Assembly: GCA_020353515.1 (NCBI GenBank)
Contig: CP070695.1
Location: 2,969,231-3,033,230, forward strand
Direction: 5' to 3'
Origin: Candidatus Heimdallarchaeota archaeon
GTDB taxonomy: Archaea > Asgardarchaeota > Heimdallarchaeia > Hodarchaeales > Hodarchaeaceae
DNA: 64,000 nt
The translations under genes and the position numbers were made by a program. Under the pieces are notes generated by a model that was not told the origin of the DNA, made no database searches, and saw nothing but the letters and a program-made list of their open reading frames with translations. This document shows positions 9,663 through 19,405 of this stretch, one piece after another. Each line of letters begins with the position of its first letter. Within the stretch, counting starts at the first letter, position 1.

Positions 9663-12050
9663 ATGAAACCTGAGTATGGATTATTATTATGTAAATGTCG
9701 TGGGGAAATCGATAACCAGATTAAGCTAGAAGAATTAGCGAATGTCTTTGAAACTGATCCTAGAATAATGTTTACTCATATTAGTGAATCTCTTTGTGAT
9801 GCTATTGAGAGAAGAAATATTCAATCACTCTTAAGAAGATATAAACCAGCAGGTATAGTTATAGGGGGGTGTTCTCCTCGATACTATGAATCTTATTTTC
9901 GAACTCTAATTGAAAAAGCTGGAGGAAATGCTGGAAGGTTAGCTTTTGCCAATATAAGAGAACAGATTGCTTGGATATACAAATTTGAATCAAAAGAATT
10001 CCGAGACGAAAAAGGAAAATTAGCAATTGAAGTGGCTATTAGTTCACTTGATGAGGCTCATGACTTTCTTGTTACAAATGTAAAAATAAAGAAGAATATT
10101 GCCATTATTGGCGCTGGTATTGGTGGAATTCAAACAGCACTTAGCATTGTTAAATCTGGTACAGACACAGAAATTCACCTAATTGAGAAAGCACCTTTCA
10201 TAGGGGGAGATCAATTGAAATACTCAAAGGCTTTTCCACGAGATGAATGTTCTGCATGTGCAATCTCCCCGCTGATTTCAGAGATTTCTTCTTATCCAAA
10301 CATCAAAGTTCATACAAACACAGAAATTGTTGAATGTGTTGGTCGGGTAGGAGACTATAACATTTCAATGATACAACATCCTCGGTATGTAACTGATTCC
10401 TGTACTTCCTGTGGAACCTGTAGTTCTGTTTGTCCAGTTGAGATAGTTGAAAATAATGGGGCAGAAAGCCATAAAGCAATTTATCTCCCATTTGCAGGGA
10501 CGATTCCTAATAGATTTACTATTAATGAATCTGAAATAGCTTATTGTCGGAGTGATTGCGATCAGCCATGCGTTGCAAGCTGTTCAACTAATGCCATCGA
10601 TCTACTAGCATTTCCCAAAGAAGAAAAATTAAATTCTGGGGCCATAGTACTGGCTACTGGTGCTTCTGTTCATGCCCCACAGGTTGGAGAGAATGAATTT
10701 GGCTATGGTACATTACCAGACGTGTTAACTTTAGATCAGTATGAAAAGTTACTTGCTGCCACCAGTAAATGGAAAGGAGAAATTAAATTACAATCAGATG
10801 ACACAAAATCTCCTGAATCTGTGGCTTTTATCTTATGTGTGGATAGACAACAGATTGGATATTGTAGTAAATATTGTTGTTTAAGCACTGCTACTGCCGT
10901 AAAACAGACAGTAGAAAGATTACCAAACGCTAAAATTTATATTTTTTATCAAGATCTCTTTTCAGACTCAAAATTTGGCGATGATTACATAAAATTCACC
11001 CAAAAACTTTCTAACGTGGAATGGATTCGTACCACACCTCGTGTGAAGACAAAAAATGATAATTCACTTATCTTAGATGTTCCTGTATCAGGGGGAAGAA
11101 TTGATATCCCAGTGGATATGCTTGTTTTAGCAACAGGAATAGTACCATCAAAAGATAGTCCAATTATGCGACATATTTTCGGTTTAGATTCATCGAAAGA
11201 AGGATTCTTTAGTGAATTTGATTTACTTTTCAGTCCAGTGAGTACGAATGACCTAGGGAAGTTTCTAGTAGGATCAGTTGTAGGTCCAAGAACCATTCCA
11301 GAGACAACCATCTCTGCTTTTGCAGTAGGTTCACAGATTTTAAATTTGTTGAACAGAGGAAAAATCCCCTTACATATCTCAGTTACAGAGGTTGATAATG
11401 ATCTTTGTTCAGGATGTGGAGTTTGTGTCAAAACGTGTCCTTATCATGCAAATACTATCGATGAAAAGAATAAAACTGCAGTAGTAGATATTAGCCGTTG
11501 TAGAGGTTGTGGCAACTGTGTTGTTGCATGTCCTGCTAAGGCACGTGATTTAATAGAGTATCCCGAGTTAGCGATTCGAAAAGCTATTGATCTATTAGGA
11601 AACAGCGCCTTGATCAATAGAAGGGAGGTGAATATGCTTGCTTTCTTATGTAATGGTTGTGGTTATCCAGTAGCAGATAATGTTGGTCTTTCTGGAGCAG
11701 GTTCTACATATTCAAAGAACCTATCGATAATTCGAGTCCCTTGTTCTGGAAGGGTCGACCCAAGACATATTCTCCACGCTTTAACATTGTTCGATGGAGT
11801 TATGGTTGGAGCATGTAAGTTGCATAGTTGCCATTTCTCTGTTGGTAATTTTGATGCTCAAAAACGAATTTTTTTATTGCAGGGAACAATGGATACTGCC
11901 TCTATCGATCCAAAAAGATTGAAAATCGATTATTTTGCTCCAACGGACACTAATAAGTTTTGTCAAAGCGTAACAGATTTTGAACGTGAATTGAAAATAG
12001 CAAAAGAAACTGAAATGCAGTTAGAAAAGACAGTAGAAACGGAGGTCTAA
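9663..12050 (+). CDS. hdrA: Heterodisulfide reductase subunit A fused to C-terminal MvhD domain
   Basis: CKC, GCSPR, GAGIGG FAD site, DECSAC, ferredoxin CxxCxxCxxxCP motifs, YCSKYCC; C-terminal FLCNGCGY..RVPCSGRVD..GAC..CHF..GN (MvhD). Confidence 0.9.
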   Translation: MKPEYGLLLCKCRGEIDNQIKLEELANVFETDPRIMFTHISESLCDAIERRNIQSLLRRYKPAGIVIGGCSPRYYESYFRTLIEKAGGNAGRLAFANIREQIAWIYKFESKEFRDEKGKLAIEVAISSLDEAHDFLVTNVKIKKNIAIIGAGIGGIQTALSIVKSGTDTEIHLIEKAPFIGGDQLKYSKAFPRDECSACAISPLISEISSYPNIKVHTNTEIVECVGRVGDYNISMIQHPRYVTDSCTSCGTCSSVCPVEIVENNGAESHKAIYLPFAGTIPNRFTINESEIAYCRSDCDQPCVASCSTNAIDLLAFPKEEKLNSGAIVLATGASVHAPQVGENEFGYGTLPDVLTLDQYEKLLAATSKWKGEIKLQSDDTKSPESVAFILCVDRQQIGYCSKYCCLSTATAVKQTVERLPNAKIYIFYQDLFSDSKFGDDYIKFTQKLSNVEWIRTTPRVKTKNDNSLILDVPVSGGRIDIPVDMLVLATGIVPSKDSPIMRHIFGLDSSKEGFFSEFDLLFSPVSTNDLGKFLVGSVVGPRTIPETTISAFAVGSQILNLLNRGKIPLHISVTEVDNDLCSGCGVCVKTCPYHANTIDEKNKTAVVDISRCRGCGNCVVACPAKARDLIEYPELAIRKAIDLLGNSALINRREVNMLAFLCNGCGYPVADNVGLSGAGSTYSKNLSIIRVPCSGRVDPRHILHALTLFDGVMVGACKLHSCHFSVGNFDAQKRIFLLQGTMDTASIDPKRLKIDYFAPTDTNKFCQSVTDFERELKIAKETEMQLEKTVETEV

Positions 12051-12052
12051 TA

Positions 12053-12943
12053 ATGGCTAAAAATATTACAGTAGGTTATGCTGCATTGACTTCTTGCTCT
12101 GGATGTGAGATAGCATTATTGGATATAAATGAAAAAATCTTGGATGTCTTAAAAAATGCAGAATTAGTATATGGGCCCCTGATCATGGATGCTCGGGAAG
12201 TCCCTGATAATATTGATTTGCTATTTGTTGAAGGTTCTGTATCAACTGATCACGATTTACAGCAAGCACAAGAATATAGGAAAAAAGCTAAATACCTTGT
12301 AGCTGTTGGTGCTTGTGCTTGTTTTGGAGGGATCCCAGGTATGAGAAACTTTTTTGAGAGAAACGAAATTCTTGCCGATGTTTATCCCTTGAAAGACAAA
12401 TCAGAATTTTTAGGGCCAACACAATTATCTTCAAAAGTTCAAAGCTTACCAATGGTTGTAAAAACTGATTTTTTTGTACCAGGATGTCCCCCTTTACCAG
12501 AAAACTTTTTAACAGTAATTCAGAACTATCCTAATTTCGATCGCATCAAACTTCCTACTAAAACATTATGTGCTGAATGTGATCTGAACAAAGATAAGTT
12601 ACTATCACCAATAAGAGAATTTACTTCCTTAAAGATTAAGAACCCCTACCATTTCAATGAAGAGGAAGAAAATTTATGCTTTCTTGAAAGAGGAATCTTG
12701 TGTATGGGTGTAGCTACTCGAGCTGGTTGTGGGGGACGATGTGTCAAGGTTAGTGTCCCTTGTCGTGGTTGTTTTGGGCCCCCTCCTCAGGAAGGATCAG
12801 AGGATCAAGGAGCTGGTGTAATATCCGCTATTTCTTCTATATTACCTACAGGACGATTATTAACAAAAGAGGACATGCTTGGGCTCGTTTACCGATATTC
12901 TCTTTCAGTTATTACCGACCTACAAAAGTATTTTCATGAATAA
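12053..12943 (+). CDS. mvhG: [NiFe] hydrogenase small subunit (MvhG-type)
   Basis: SCSGCE, GACACFGGIPG, PGCPP, CAEC, CFL..CMG..CGGRC..CRGC. Confidence 0.9.
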   Translation: MAKNITVGYAALTSCSGCEIALLDINEKILDVLKNAELVYGPLIMDAREVPDNIDLLFVEGSVSTDHDLQQAQEYRKKAKYLVAVGACACFGGIPGMRNFFERNEILADVYPLKDKSEFLGPTQLSSKVQSLPMVVKTDFFVPGCPPLPENFLTVIQNYPNFDRIKLPTKTLCAECDLNKDKLLSPIREFTSLKIKNPYHFNEEEENLCFLERGILCMGVATRAGCGGRCVKVSVPCRGCFGPPPQEGSEDQGAGVISAISSILPTGRLLTKEDMLGLVYRYSLSVITDLQKYFHE

Positions 12944-12956
12944 GGAGAGACGATAA

Positions 12957-14414
12957 GTGTCATCAACAAGAAAAATCACAATTGATCCAGTTACCAGACT
13001 GGAAGGAAATGCAAAAATCACATTCGAGCTAGATGAATCAACTAACGTCTTGAAGAAAGCAGAATTTCAAGTTTTAGAATTCAGAGCTTTTGAAAAATTT
13101 TTGGAAGGAAGAAAAGCCCGAGAAACCCCTCGAATTACTCCTAGAATATGTGGTATCTGTCCTGTAAGTCACCACCTATGTTCTGCTAAAGCGACTGATA
13201 TGCTCGCGAGAGTAATAATCCCTGGGCGGGCTAAATTACACCGTGAATTAATGCATATGGGGCAATTCATACATTCACATTCCCTTCATGTGTATTTTCT
13301 TGCATTACCAGATTTTGTAGATGGTTTTAAAGCTGAAAGCAATGATTTCCGACTACTACTTAATGCAAATCCAACTTTAGTAAAGAATGTCATTAGGATT
13401 CGTGCTTTTGGTCAAAAAGTGATCGAAATTCTTGGTGGAAAAGCAATTCATCCTGTTACAGCGATTCCTGGGGGTATTTCGGTTCCTCTTAAAGTAGCTG
13501 AACACGAGGCATTACTGAATGAGGCAAAAAAACTGCTTCCAATTACTGAAGAATCATTAACAGCAGCTTGGGGATTATTAGACTGTGTACCAGAGGAACT
13601 CAAACAATATGAAACACTAAACTCCCATAATATGGGAACAGTTGGAAATAACAAAGAAATTGCGCTCTATGACGGCGAAACGGTTATTTTGGATTCAAAT
13701 GGTAAGGTTAAAGGAAATTTTAGGGGAGCTAAATATCGAAAAATGATAAGTGAGAAGTATTTCGATTTCTCTTGGACGAAATTTCCTTATTTCATTAATG
13801 CGGAAGATGAAGAAGATGCCATCATCCAAGTTGGACCTCTAGCTCGTCAAAAATGCTATGAAACGATATCCACTGAAAAAGCAGGTAAAATGCTAGCTAA
13901 TTTTCGTCAAAGATTTGGTCGCTATACAACTGAAAGCTATTCCACCCATTATGCCCGAATAATTGAAACCATGTATGCTCTTGAGAAAACAATAGATATC
14001 CTAGAAGATCCTAATTTAATGAAGGATACAGATTATAGAATATCCTCAACAATTAAAGAATCATCAGGCGTGGGTATTGTCGAAGCACCCAGAGGATCTT
14101 TGATTCATTCCTTTCAAACTGATCAAAATGGCTTAATTACGAAAGCAAATATCATTGTATCAACAACGTTTAATAATCCAGCAATTAATCTAGCATTATT
14201 CAAAGTGGCCAAAAAACAACTTGATCCCAGCCAAAAATCAATACCAGAATCAACATTGAGGCAGATAGAGTCAACAGTAAGGATTTTTGATCCGTGCTTG
14301 ACTTGTTCTTCTCACTCCCTTTCAGGAACTAATTTTGACATCGTTTTACGGAATACTGAAGGTGAGTTGATCTACTCTAGTTTGGTTGCTTCAAGAAACA
14401 GTAGTTTAAAATAA
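12957..14414 (+). CDS. mvhA: [NiFe] hydrogenase large subunit (MvhA-type, group 3c)
   Basis: IDPVTRLEG, L1 RICGICPVSH, EAPRG, L2 DPCLTCSSH plus cleavable C-terminal tail. Confidence 0.92.
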   Translation: MSSTRKITIDPVTRLEGNAKITFELDESTNVLKKAEFQVLEFRAFEKFLEGRKARETPRITPRICGICPVSHHLCSAKATDMLARVIIPGRAKLHRELMHMGQFIHSHSLHVYFLALPDFVDGFKAESNDFRLLLNANPTLVKNVIRIRAFGQKVIEILGGKAIHPVTAIPGGISVPLKVAEHEALLNEAKKLLPITEESLTAAWGLLDCVPEELKQYETLNSHNMGTVGNNKEIALYDGETVILDSNGKVKGNFRGAKYRKMISEKYFDFSWTKFPYFINAEDEEDAIIQVGPLARQKCYETISTEKAGKMLANFRQRFGRYTTESYSTHYARIIETMYALEKTIDILEDPNLMKDTDYRISSTIKESSGVGIVEAPRGSLIHSFQTDQNGLITKANIIVSTTFNNPAINLALFKVAKKQLDPSQKSIPESTLRQIESTVRIFDPCLTCSSHSLSGTNFDIVLRNTEGELIYSSLVASRNSSLK

Positions 14415-14490
14415 TTCTTGTGCTTCAAACAATCCCCAAACTATATATTTTTATGGTTTCCTCCTTTCTGGCACAAAAACCTCCCAAGAA

Positions 14491-14964
14491 GTGTTTAAAA
14501 TGGTTGAAATTGATCATGGATTTACAACTGATATGAAGTATGCTGTCGCAGGCACCTTTAGCGGTGGTCTTTCCAGTAAAATCTATCCTTTACTTAAAAA
14601 CGAATGGTACAATGTCAAAAAGGTCTATCCTGTATGTCCTGACAAGAAAGACGTTGATGGTGACACCACTTATGCATCCCTCAAAGATTTACCTGAACCA
14701 GTTGATGTTGTTGTTGTTGTTCATAAGAAGGAAATAACAACAGAAATTGTTAGGGAAGCCTCAACATTAAACCCAAAACCAAGTATATGGTTCATGCCAA
14801 GAACAGATTCAAAGGAAAGCATCATAATATGCGAAGAAAATGAAATGAAATATGGTATGTCGTGTCTTATGGGCCACAGAGCGATTCCTGGTATCAAGCG
14901 TTTTATCAACGGTCACTGGTGGCATTCGAAAGTTGGTGGAATGAACCAAATTCCTAAACAATAA
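14491..14964 (+). CDS. CoA-binding domain protein
   Basis: VYPV..YASLKDLPEPVDVVVVV..IWFMP; likely start at ATG 14500. Confidence 0.8.
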   Translation: MFKMVEIDHGFTTDMKYAVAGTFSGGLSSKIYPLLKNEWYNVKKVYPVCPDKKDVDGDTTYASLKDLPEPVDVVVVVHKKEITTEIVREASTLNPKPSIWFMPRTDSKESIIICEENEMKYGMSCLMGHRAIPGIKRFINGHWWHSKVGGMNQIPKQ

Positions 14965-14988
14965 GTTTTTCCAAATGGAGAGTACTAC

Positions 14989-15417
14989 TTGAAGATCTTA
15001 ATCGTTTATTATTCTCAATCTGGAAATACTAAAAAAGTCGTAGAAATGGCTGAAGAACGGTTAAAAGACCTCCACCATGAGGTAACCGTAAAAAATGCTT
15101 TGACTGTAAAGCCTGAACAAGTATCAGATTGTAACTTGTTACTTATTGGCACCCCCGTTCATGGTTATATCTTATTTGGTCAGAAACCTACAAAAGAGGT
15201 CAATGAATTTTTAGCAAATCAATTGCCACAGGATCTTGAAAATAAACCTGTAATTGGTTTTGCTACTTATCTCTTCTTTCCTGCAGGAGCATTAAATCGC
15301 ATTAAAAAGGCAATAGACGCACAAAATGGCAATTTACTGGGATTAATAGCACAAAGAAGGTCAAAGAAGACTGAACTTGTTAATGAAATAATAGAATGTA
15401 TTGAGGATTCATTTTAG
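14989..15417 (+). CDS. Flavodoxin-like protein
   Basis: YYSQSGNTKKV FMN loop, LLIGTPV. Confidence 0.85.
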   Translation: MKILIVYYSQSGNTKKVVEMAEERLKDLHHEVTVKNALTVKPEQVSDCNLLLIGTPVHGYILFGQKPTKEVNEFLANQLPQDLENKPVIGFATYLFFPAGALNRIKKAIDAQNGNLLGLIAQRRSKKTELVNEIIECIEDSF

Positions 15418-15490
15418 GATTGAATCTTTATGTCTTCTTGGTAACTACAATCTAAATGAAAAAGGATTCCCATTTTTTTGAGGATCAAGA

Positions 15491-16510
15491 TTGCGAAGGA
15501 TGAGGAACGACCACAAGGATATTTACCTAGTGACAGGTGCTTGTGGATTTGTTGGATCACATTTAGTTGAGACTCTCGTTTCCCAGGGGTTTTATGTAAG
15601 AGCTACGGATTTAAAAAGTGCCAATCGAAAAAATATTCCCTCTTTAGAAGCAGTAGAATTCTTACCAGGTGATCTTACTAAACCTAAGGAAATACCTCAG
15701 CTACTTGAAGGAATTACTAAAGTATTCCACCCTGCGGGAATCTTTAATTTCAGCGCACCAAAGAACATTTTGTTAAAAGTGAATGTTGAAGGAACAACTA
15801 ATCTTCTCTCTGCAGCTCTCTCTGAAGACATTTCTCATTTCATAAATTGGAGTACAGCGATGGTTTATGGGACCTTACTATACTCTCCCGCTAATGAGAT
15901 TCATCCAATTCAGCCAGAGGATCCCTATTCAGAATCTAAGTGGATACAGGAACAAATAGCTTTGTCCTATTTTCAAGAGAATGGATTACCGGTGAGTATT
16001 ATTAGGCCAACAGCTATTTATGGTCCCAGATCATTATATGGTACTTCCTTAGCAATTCTGGCTCTAGTAAATGGAAAAATATTGGGAATACCTGGAGACG
16101 GAAAAACGATTCAGCATCATGTACATGTGGATGATGTTGTGAAAGCGGCTATCTTCATGTCAGGTAATAGAAAAATGATTGGGGAAATTTTTAACATTGC
16201 TGATGATAACCCTATATCAATAGAAGAATCATTTAGGATAGTAACGAATCTTATCGAGAAGAAACTTCCTAGATTCCATATTCCAAAGTTTGTAGTAAAT
16301 TTTTATGGTTATTTTGATCGCTTTTGGAATAAGCTTCTTCGAAAAACAAGCTTATATGAAAAAACCTCATTAAAACTGCTCTTTTCAGATCATATTTATG
16401 ATAATAATAAACTAAAGAGCCTCGGATTCGAGTATTCTGTCCCAAGTCTTGAAATGGGAATTGAAACAACTCTTCAATGGTACCGACAGCAAGGGTATAT
16501 TGATTATTAG
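15491..16510 (+). CDS. NAD-dependent epimerase/dehydratase (3-beta-HSD-like extended SDR)
   Basis: TGACGFVG, NVEGT, YSESK, RPTAIYGP. Confidence 0.9.
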   Translation: MRRMRNDHKDIYLVTGACGFVGSHLVETLVSQGFYVRATDLKSANRKNIPSLEAVEFLPGDLTKPKEIPQLLEGITKVFHPAGIFNFSAPKNILLKVNVEGTTNLLSAALSEDISHFINWSTAMVYGTLLYSPANEIHPIQPEDPYSESKWIQEQIALSYFQENGLPVSIIRPTAIYGPRSLYGTSLAILALVNGKILGIPGDGKTIQHHVHVDDVVKAAIFMSGNRKMIGEIFNIADDNPISIEESFRIVTNLIEKKLPRFHIPKFVVNFYGYFDRFWNKLLRKTSLYEKTSLKLLFSDHIYDNNKLKSLGFEYSVPSLEMGIETTLQWYRQQGYIDY

Positions 16511-16827
16511 GATTTATTTGGTTTCACATGTCTTATCCCTATAAATTCACCCAAAATTATTAGAATGGGTTCGAAACTAAAGAGAAATGCTGACAATAGA
16601 GGTTCAAAATCATCTGTTGTTAAACCAAAAAGGTTGAAAGGAATTATCATGAATTCCTTACTTCCAGGTAGAACATTAAACCATAATAATATTCCACCAG
16701 CTTGAAATACAAAGAGAAAGCTGAACACAAGAACCCAATTAACTTTTTGAGTGATACGGTTGGTTTCCATTGAATAACCGAGGATTATTCCACAAAAGAA
16801 TAGGAATGGAAGATCAAAAGCAAACAT
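16507..16827 (-). CDS. Hypothetical membrane protein
   Basis: Three hydrophobic segments. Confidence 0.6.
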   Translation of the reverse strand: MFAFDLPFLFFCGIILGYSMETNRITQKVNWVLVFSFLFVFQAGGILLWFNVLPGSKEFMIIPFNLFGLTTDDFEPLLSAFLFSFEPILIILGEFIGIRHVKPNKS

Positions 16828-16877
16828 ATAACCATCATCTGAGAAAAAAATGCAAGGCTTTTAAGTAAAAGCTACTC

Positions 16878-17573
16878 CTAAAATTTTTCTATTAATTGGG
16901 GGAGCTCAGTTAGTCTAGAGATAATCCTTATATTGTATTTCTCATGAATTTTATTCATACGGTCTATCAATACCCCATGCATTCCTGCATTAAAGGCACC
17001 AAGAGCATCATTCTCTAACAGATCACCAACATATACTATCTCATCAAGAGAAAGATTTAAGTCTCTAGCACTCATTTCAAAGATTTTATAGTTAGGTTTT
17101 CGTTGACCAACCTCTCCAGATATGATTATGGATGTGAAAAAGGAATCAATTTTCGTAACTGCTAATTTTCTTCTTTGTTGTTCACCATCACCATCAGAGA
17201 TAATTCCTAGAGAAAAATTCTTAACCATAGTAAGACAAGGTAAGGCATCTTCATATAATCTCCAGTTTTGTTCATATTTAAAGAGGTACCTATTGAAAAC
17301 ATCCATTGCTTCATCTGAAGAAAGTTCATACCCCCAATTACTAAACACACTTTGTACTCTTAAAATCCGCTGCTGCTCAAATGAAATGCATCCATCCAAA
17401 TACTCATTAATATAATGATCGGTTTTGGTTTTCCAAGTTACAAAAAATTCATCAAAACTTAAATTAGGGATTTGTTTCTTCATTAAAGAATAAAGACTGA
17501 TAAGTGATCTTTCCAGTGCTTGTTCATGATTTAGGAGGGTACCATCAATGTCAAAAACAATTCCTTTAATCAT
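16878..17573 (-). CDS. HAD superfamily hydrolase (IA)
   Basis: FDIDGTL, KP, VGDLLEND. Confidence 0.92.
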   Translation of the reverse strand: MIKGIVFDIDGTLLNHEQALERSLISLYSLMKKQIPNLSFDEFFVTWKTKTDHYINEYLDGCISFEQQRILRVQSVFSNWGYELSSDEAMDVFNRYLFKYEQNWRLYEDALPCLTMVKNFSLGIISDGDGEQQRRKLAVTKIDSFFTSIIISGEVGQRKPNYKIFEMSARDLNLSLDEIVYVGDLLENDALGAFNAGMHGVLIDRMNKIHEKYNIRIISRLTELPQLIEKF

Positions 17574-17689
17574 ATTTCCTTTATCCTATTTTTCCAATAA
17601 ATCTACATTTATAATTGTAAGTAAAATTAGCTTTTGGAAGACTTCAAACAATTGGATTTTGATGAAAATAAACACAAAAGACCTGGAAA

Positions 17690-18337
17690 TTGAACATGAA
17701 AGCTTGGGATGACTCTTGGAAGACTGAAGAGGGGAGAGCTCGTTGGTTATATCCTGATCCATTCATTGTTTCATACCTACCTAAGTTGAAGAAAGAAGGG
17801 ATAGAAAAAGTTCTTGATCTGGGTTCTGGAGTTGGACGTCATACGATTTTATTTGCAAAAGAAGGGTTTGATGTTTATGGAGTAGATCCCAGCCCTTCTG
17901 GTTTCAAATATACATTGAAGTGGTTTGAAAGGGAAAGACTGCCTCCAAAATTAATTCTCAGTGAAATGAGTCAATTACCTTTCATTGATGATTTTTTTGA
18001 TTTAATAGTTGCGTGGAACGTGATTTATCATGGTACAGCAAAAGTTATTCATAAAACTGTGAATGAAATAGTAAGATGTCTAAGACATAACGGTTATTTG
18101 CTTTACACTTTAATTTCGACTAAACATAATAAATTTGGGAATGGAAAAGAGATCGAAAAGAACACATATATAATAAAGGAAGAAAAGGAAAAGAGTCATC
18201 CTCATCATTATTTCAATGAAGAAGAAATAAACAGATTTTTCAAAGGATTCACTCACTTGAGATGTGTTGACAAAGAACAATTTTACCCAGGCTTATTCCA
18301 TTGGCATCTTCTATCAAGACTTGTAGCAAAACACTAG
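17690..18337 (+). CDS. Class I SAM-dependent methyltransferase
   Basis: VLDLGSGVGRH, GVDPS, FDLIVAWNVIYH. Confidence 0.9.
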   Translation: MNMKAWDDSWKTEEGRARWLYPDPFIVSYLPKLKKEGIEKVLDLGSGVGRHTILFAKEGFDVYGVDPSPSGFKYTLKWFERERLPPKLILSEMSQLPFIDDFFDLIVAWNVIYHGTAKVIHKTVNEIVRCLRHNGYLLYTLISTKHNKFGNGKEIEKNTYIIKEEKEKSHPHHYFNEEEINRFFKGFTHLRCVDKEQFYPGLFHWHLLSRLVAKH

Positions 18338-18398
18338 CTTTCTGCCTCTTTAAAAACAAAAATAAACTATTATAGTTAAATATCCGATAGGGATTCTT

Positions 18399-19298
18399 AT
18401 GGTATCGGGTATTCATTTCCTTTTGACTATGAGCTGTAATTTCGAATGTGACCATTGTTTCTTATATTGTAGTCCAAATTTTGATGGGACATTCACTTTG
18501 AAGCAACTAAGAGCTGTCCACGATGAGATGAAGAAAATGGGGATAGAAATGGTTTATTTCGAAGGTGGTGAACCCTTCCTCTTTTACCCTCTGATGGTAG
18601 AAGGGATTAAAATGTCTCATGAGATGGGATTCAAGACCGGAGTAGTTACGAATTCATACTGGGCAACCACTGAGGAAGACGCAGAACTCTGGTTAAAACC
18701 ACTTCTTGATCTTGGAATTTCAGATGTAAGCGTAAGCAATGATGCTCTCCATCACGGAGAGGGTGAAGTAAACCCTGCTACAAGAGCATTAAAAGCGTTG
18801 AACCACTTGAATATGTCTGGAGGAGATATATGTATCCAAGAACCAACACTTGATTTAGAGATGACCCAAGAGAAAGGTGAACCAGTAATTGGGGGCGGTG
18901 CAATGTTTAGAGGAAGGGCAGTTGAAAAATTAATTACCGATAAATTACCTAGAAGACATTGGGAAGAATTTACAGAATGTCCTCATGAGGAATTAGAAAA
19001 CCCAGGTAGAGTTCACCTCGATCCTTTTGGAAATGTTCATATCTGTCAGGGTTTGAGTATGGGTAATATGTGGAAAACTCCCCTTTCAGAGCTAGTAAAG
19101 AACTATAATGCTAGCTTACATCCCATTTGTGGACCATTAATCAAGGGTGGGCCAGCTGAACTAGCAAGAGAATACCAAGTTGATCATGAAGATAATTATG
19201 TTGATGCCTGTCACTTTTGTTATTCGATTCGGAGAGTATTAATTGACAAATTCCCTGAATACTTAGCACCCAAGCCAGTGTATGGCCTAAATCAATGA
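18399..19298 (+). CDS. Radical SAM protein
   Basis: CNFECDHC, EGGEPF, C-terminal Cys cluster. Confidence 0.9.
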   Translation: MVSGIHFLLTMSCNFECDHCFLYCSPNFDGTFTLKQLRAVHDEMKKMGIEMVYFEGGEPFLFYPLMVEGIKMSHEMGFKTGVVTNSYWATTEEDAELWLKPLLDLGISDVSVSNDALHHGEGEVNPATRALKALNHLNMSGGDICIQEPTLDLEMTQEKGEPVIGGGAMFRGRAVEKLITDKLPRRHWEEFTECPHEELENPGRVHLDPFGNVHICQGLSMGNMWKTPLSELVKNYNASLHPICGPLIKGGPAELAREYQVDHEDNYVDACHFCYSIRRVLIDKFPEYLAPKPVYGLNQ

Positions 19299-19405
19299 TT
19301 TTTCAGAAAAAAACGTCTCCCTTGAAACATTAGTAAAATTCAAAAGGGTTCATAATCCTCATTGAGTGAATTAAAACTAAAATCTGTTTCGACGCGGGTT
19401 GTTCA

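Noticed and set aside
9663-14414. Selenocysteine recoding in HdrA/MvhD/MvhA
   Set aside because: All relevant positions (DECSAC, MvhD Cys residues, DPCLTC) are ordinary Cys codons; no in-frame TGA.
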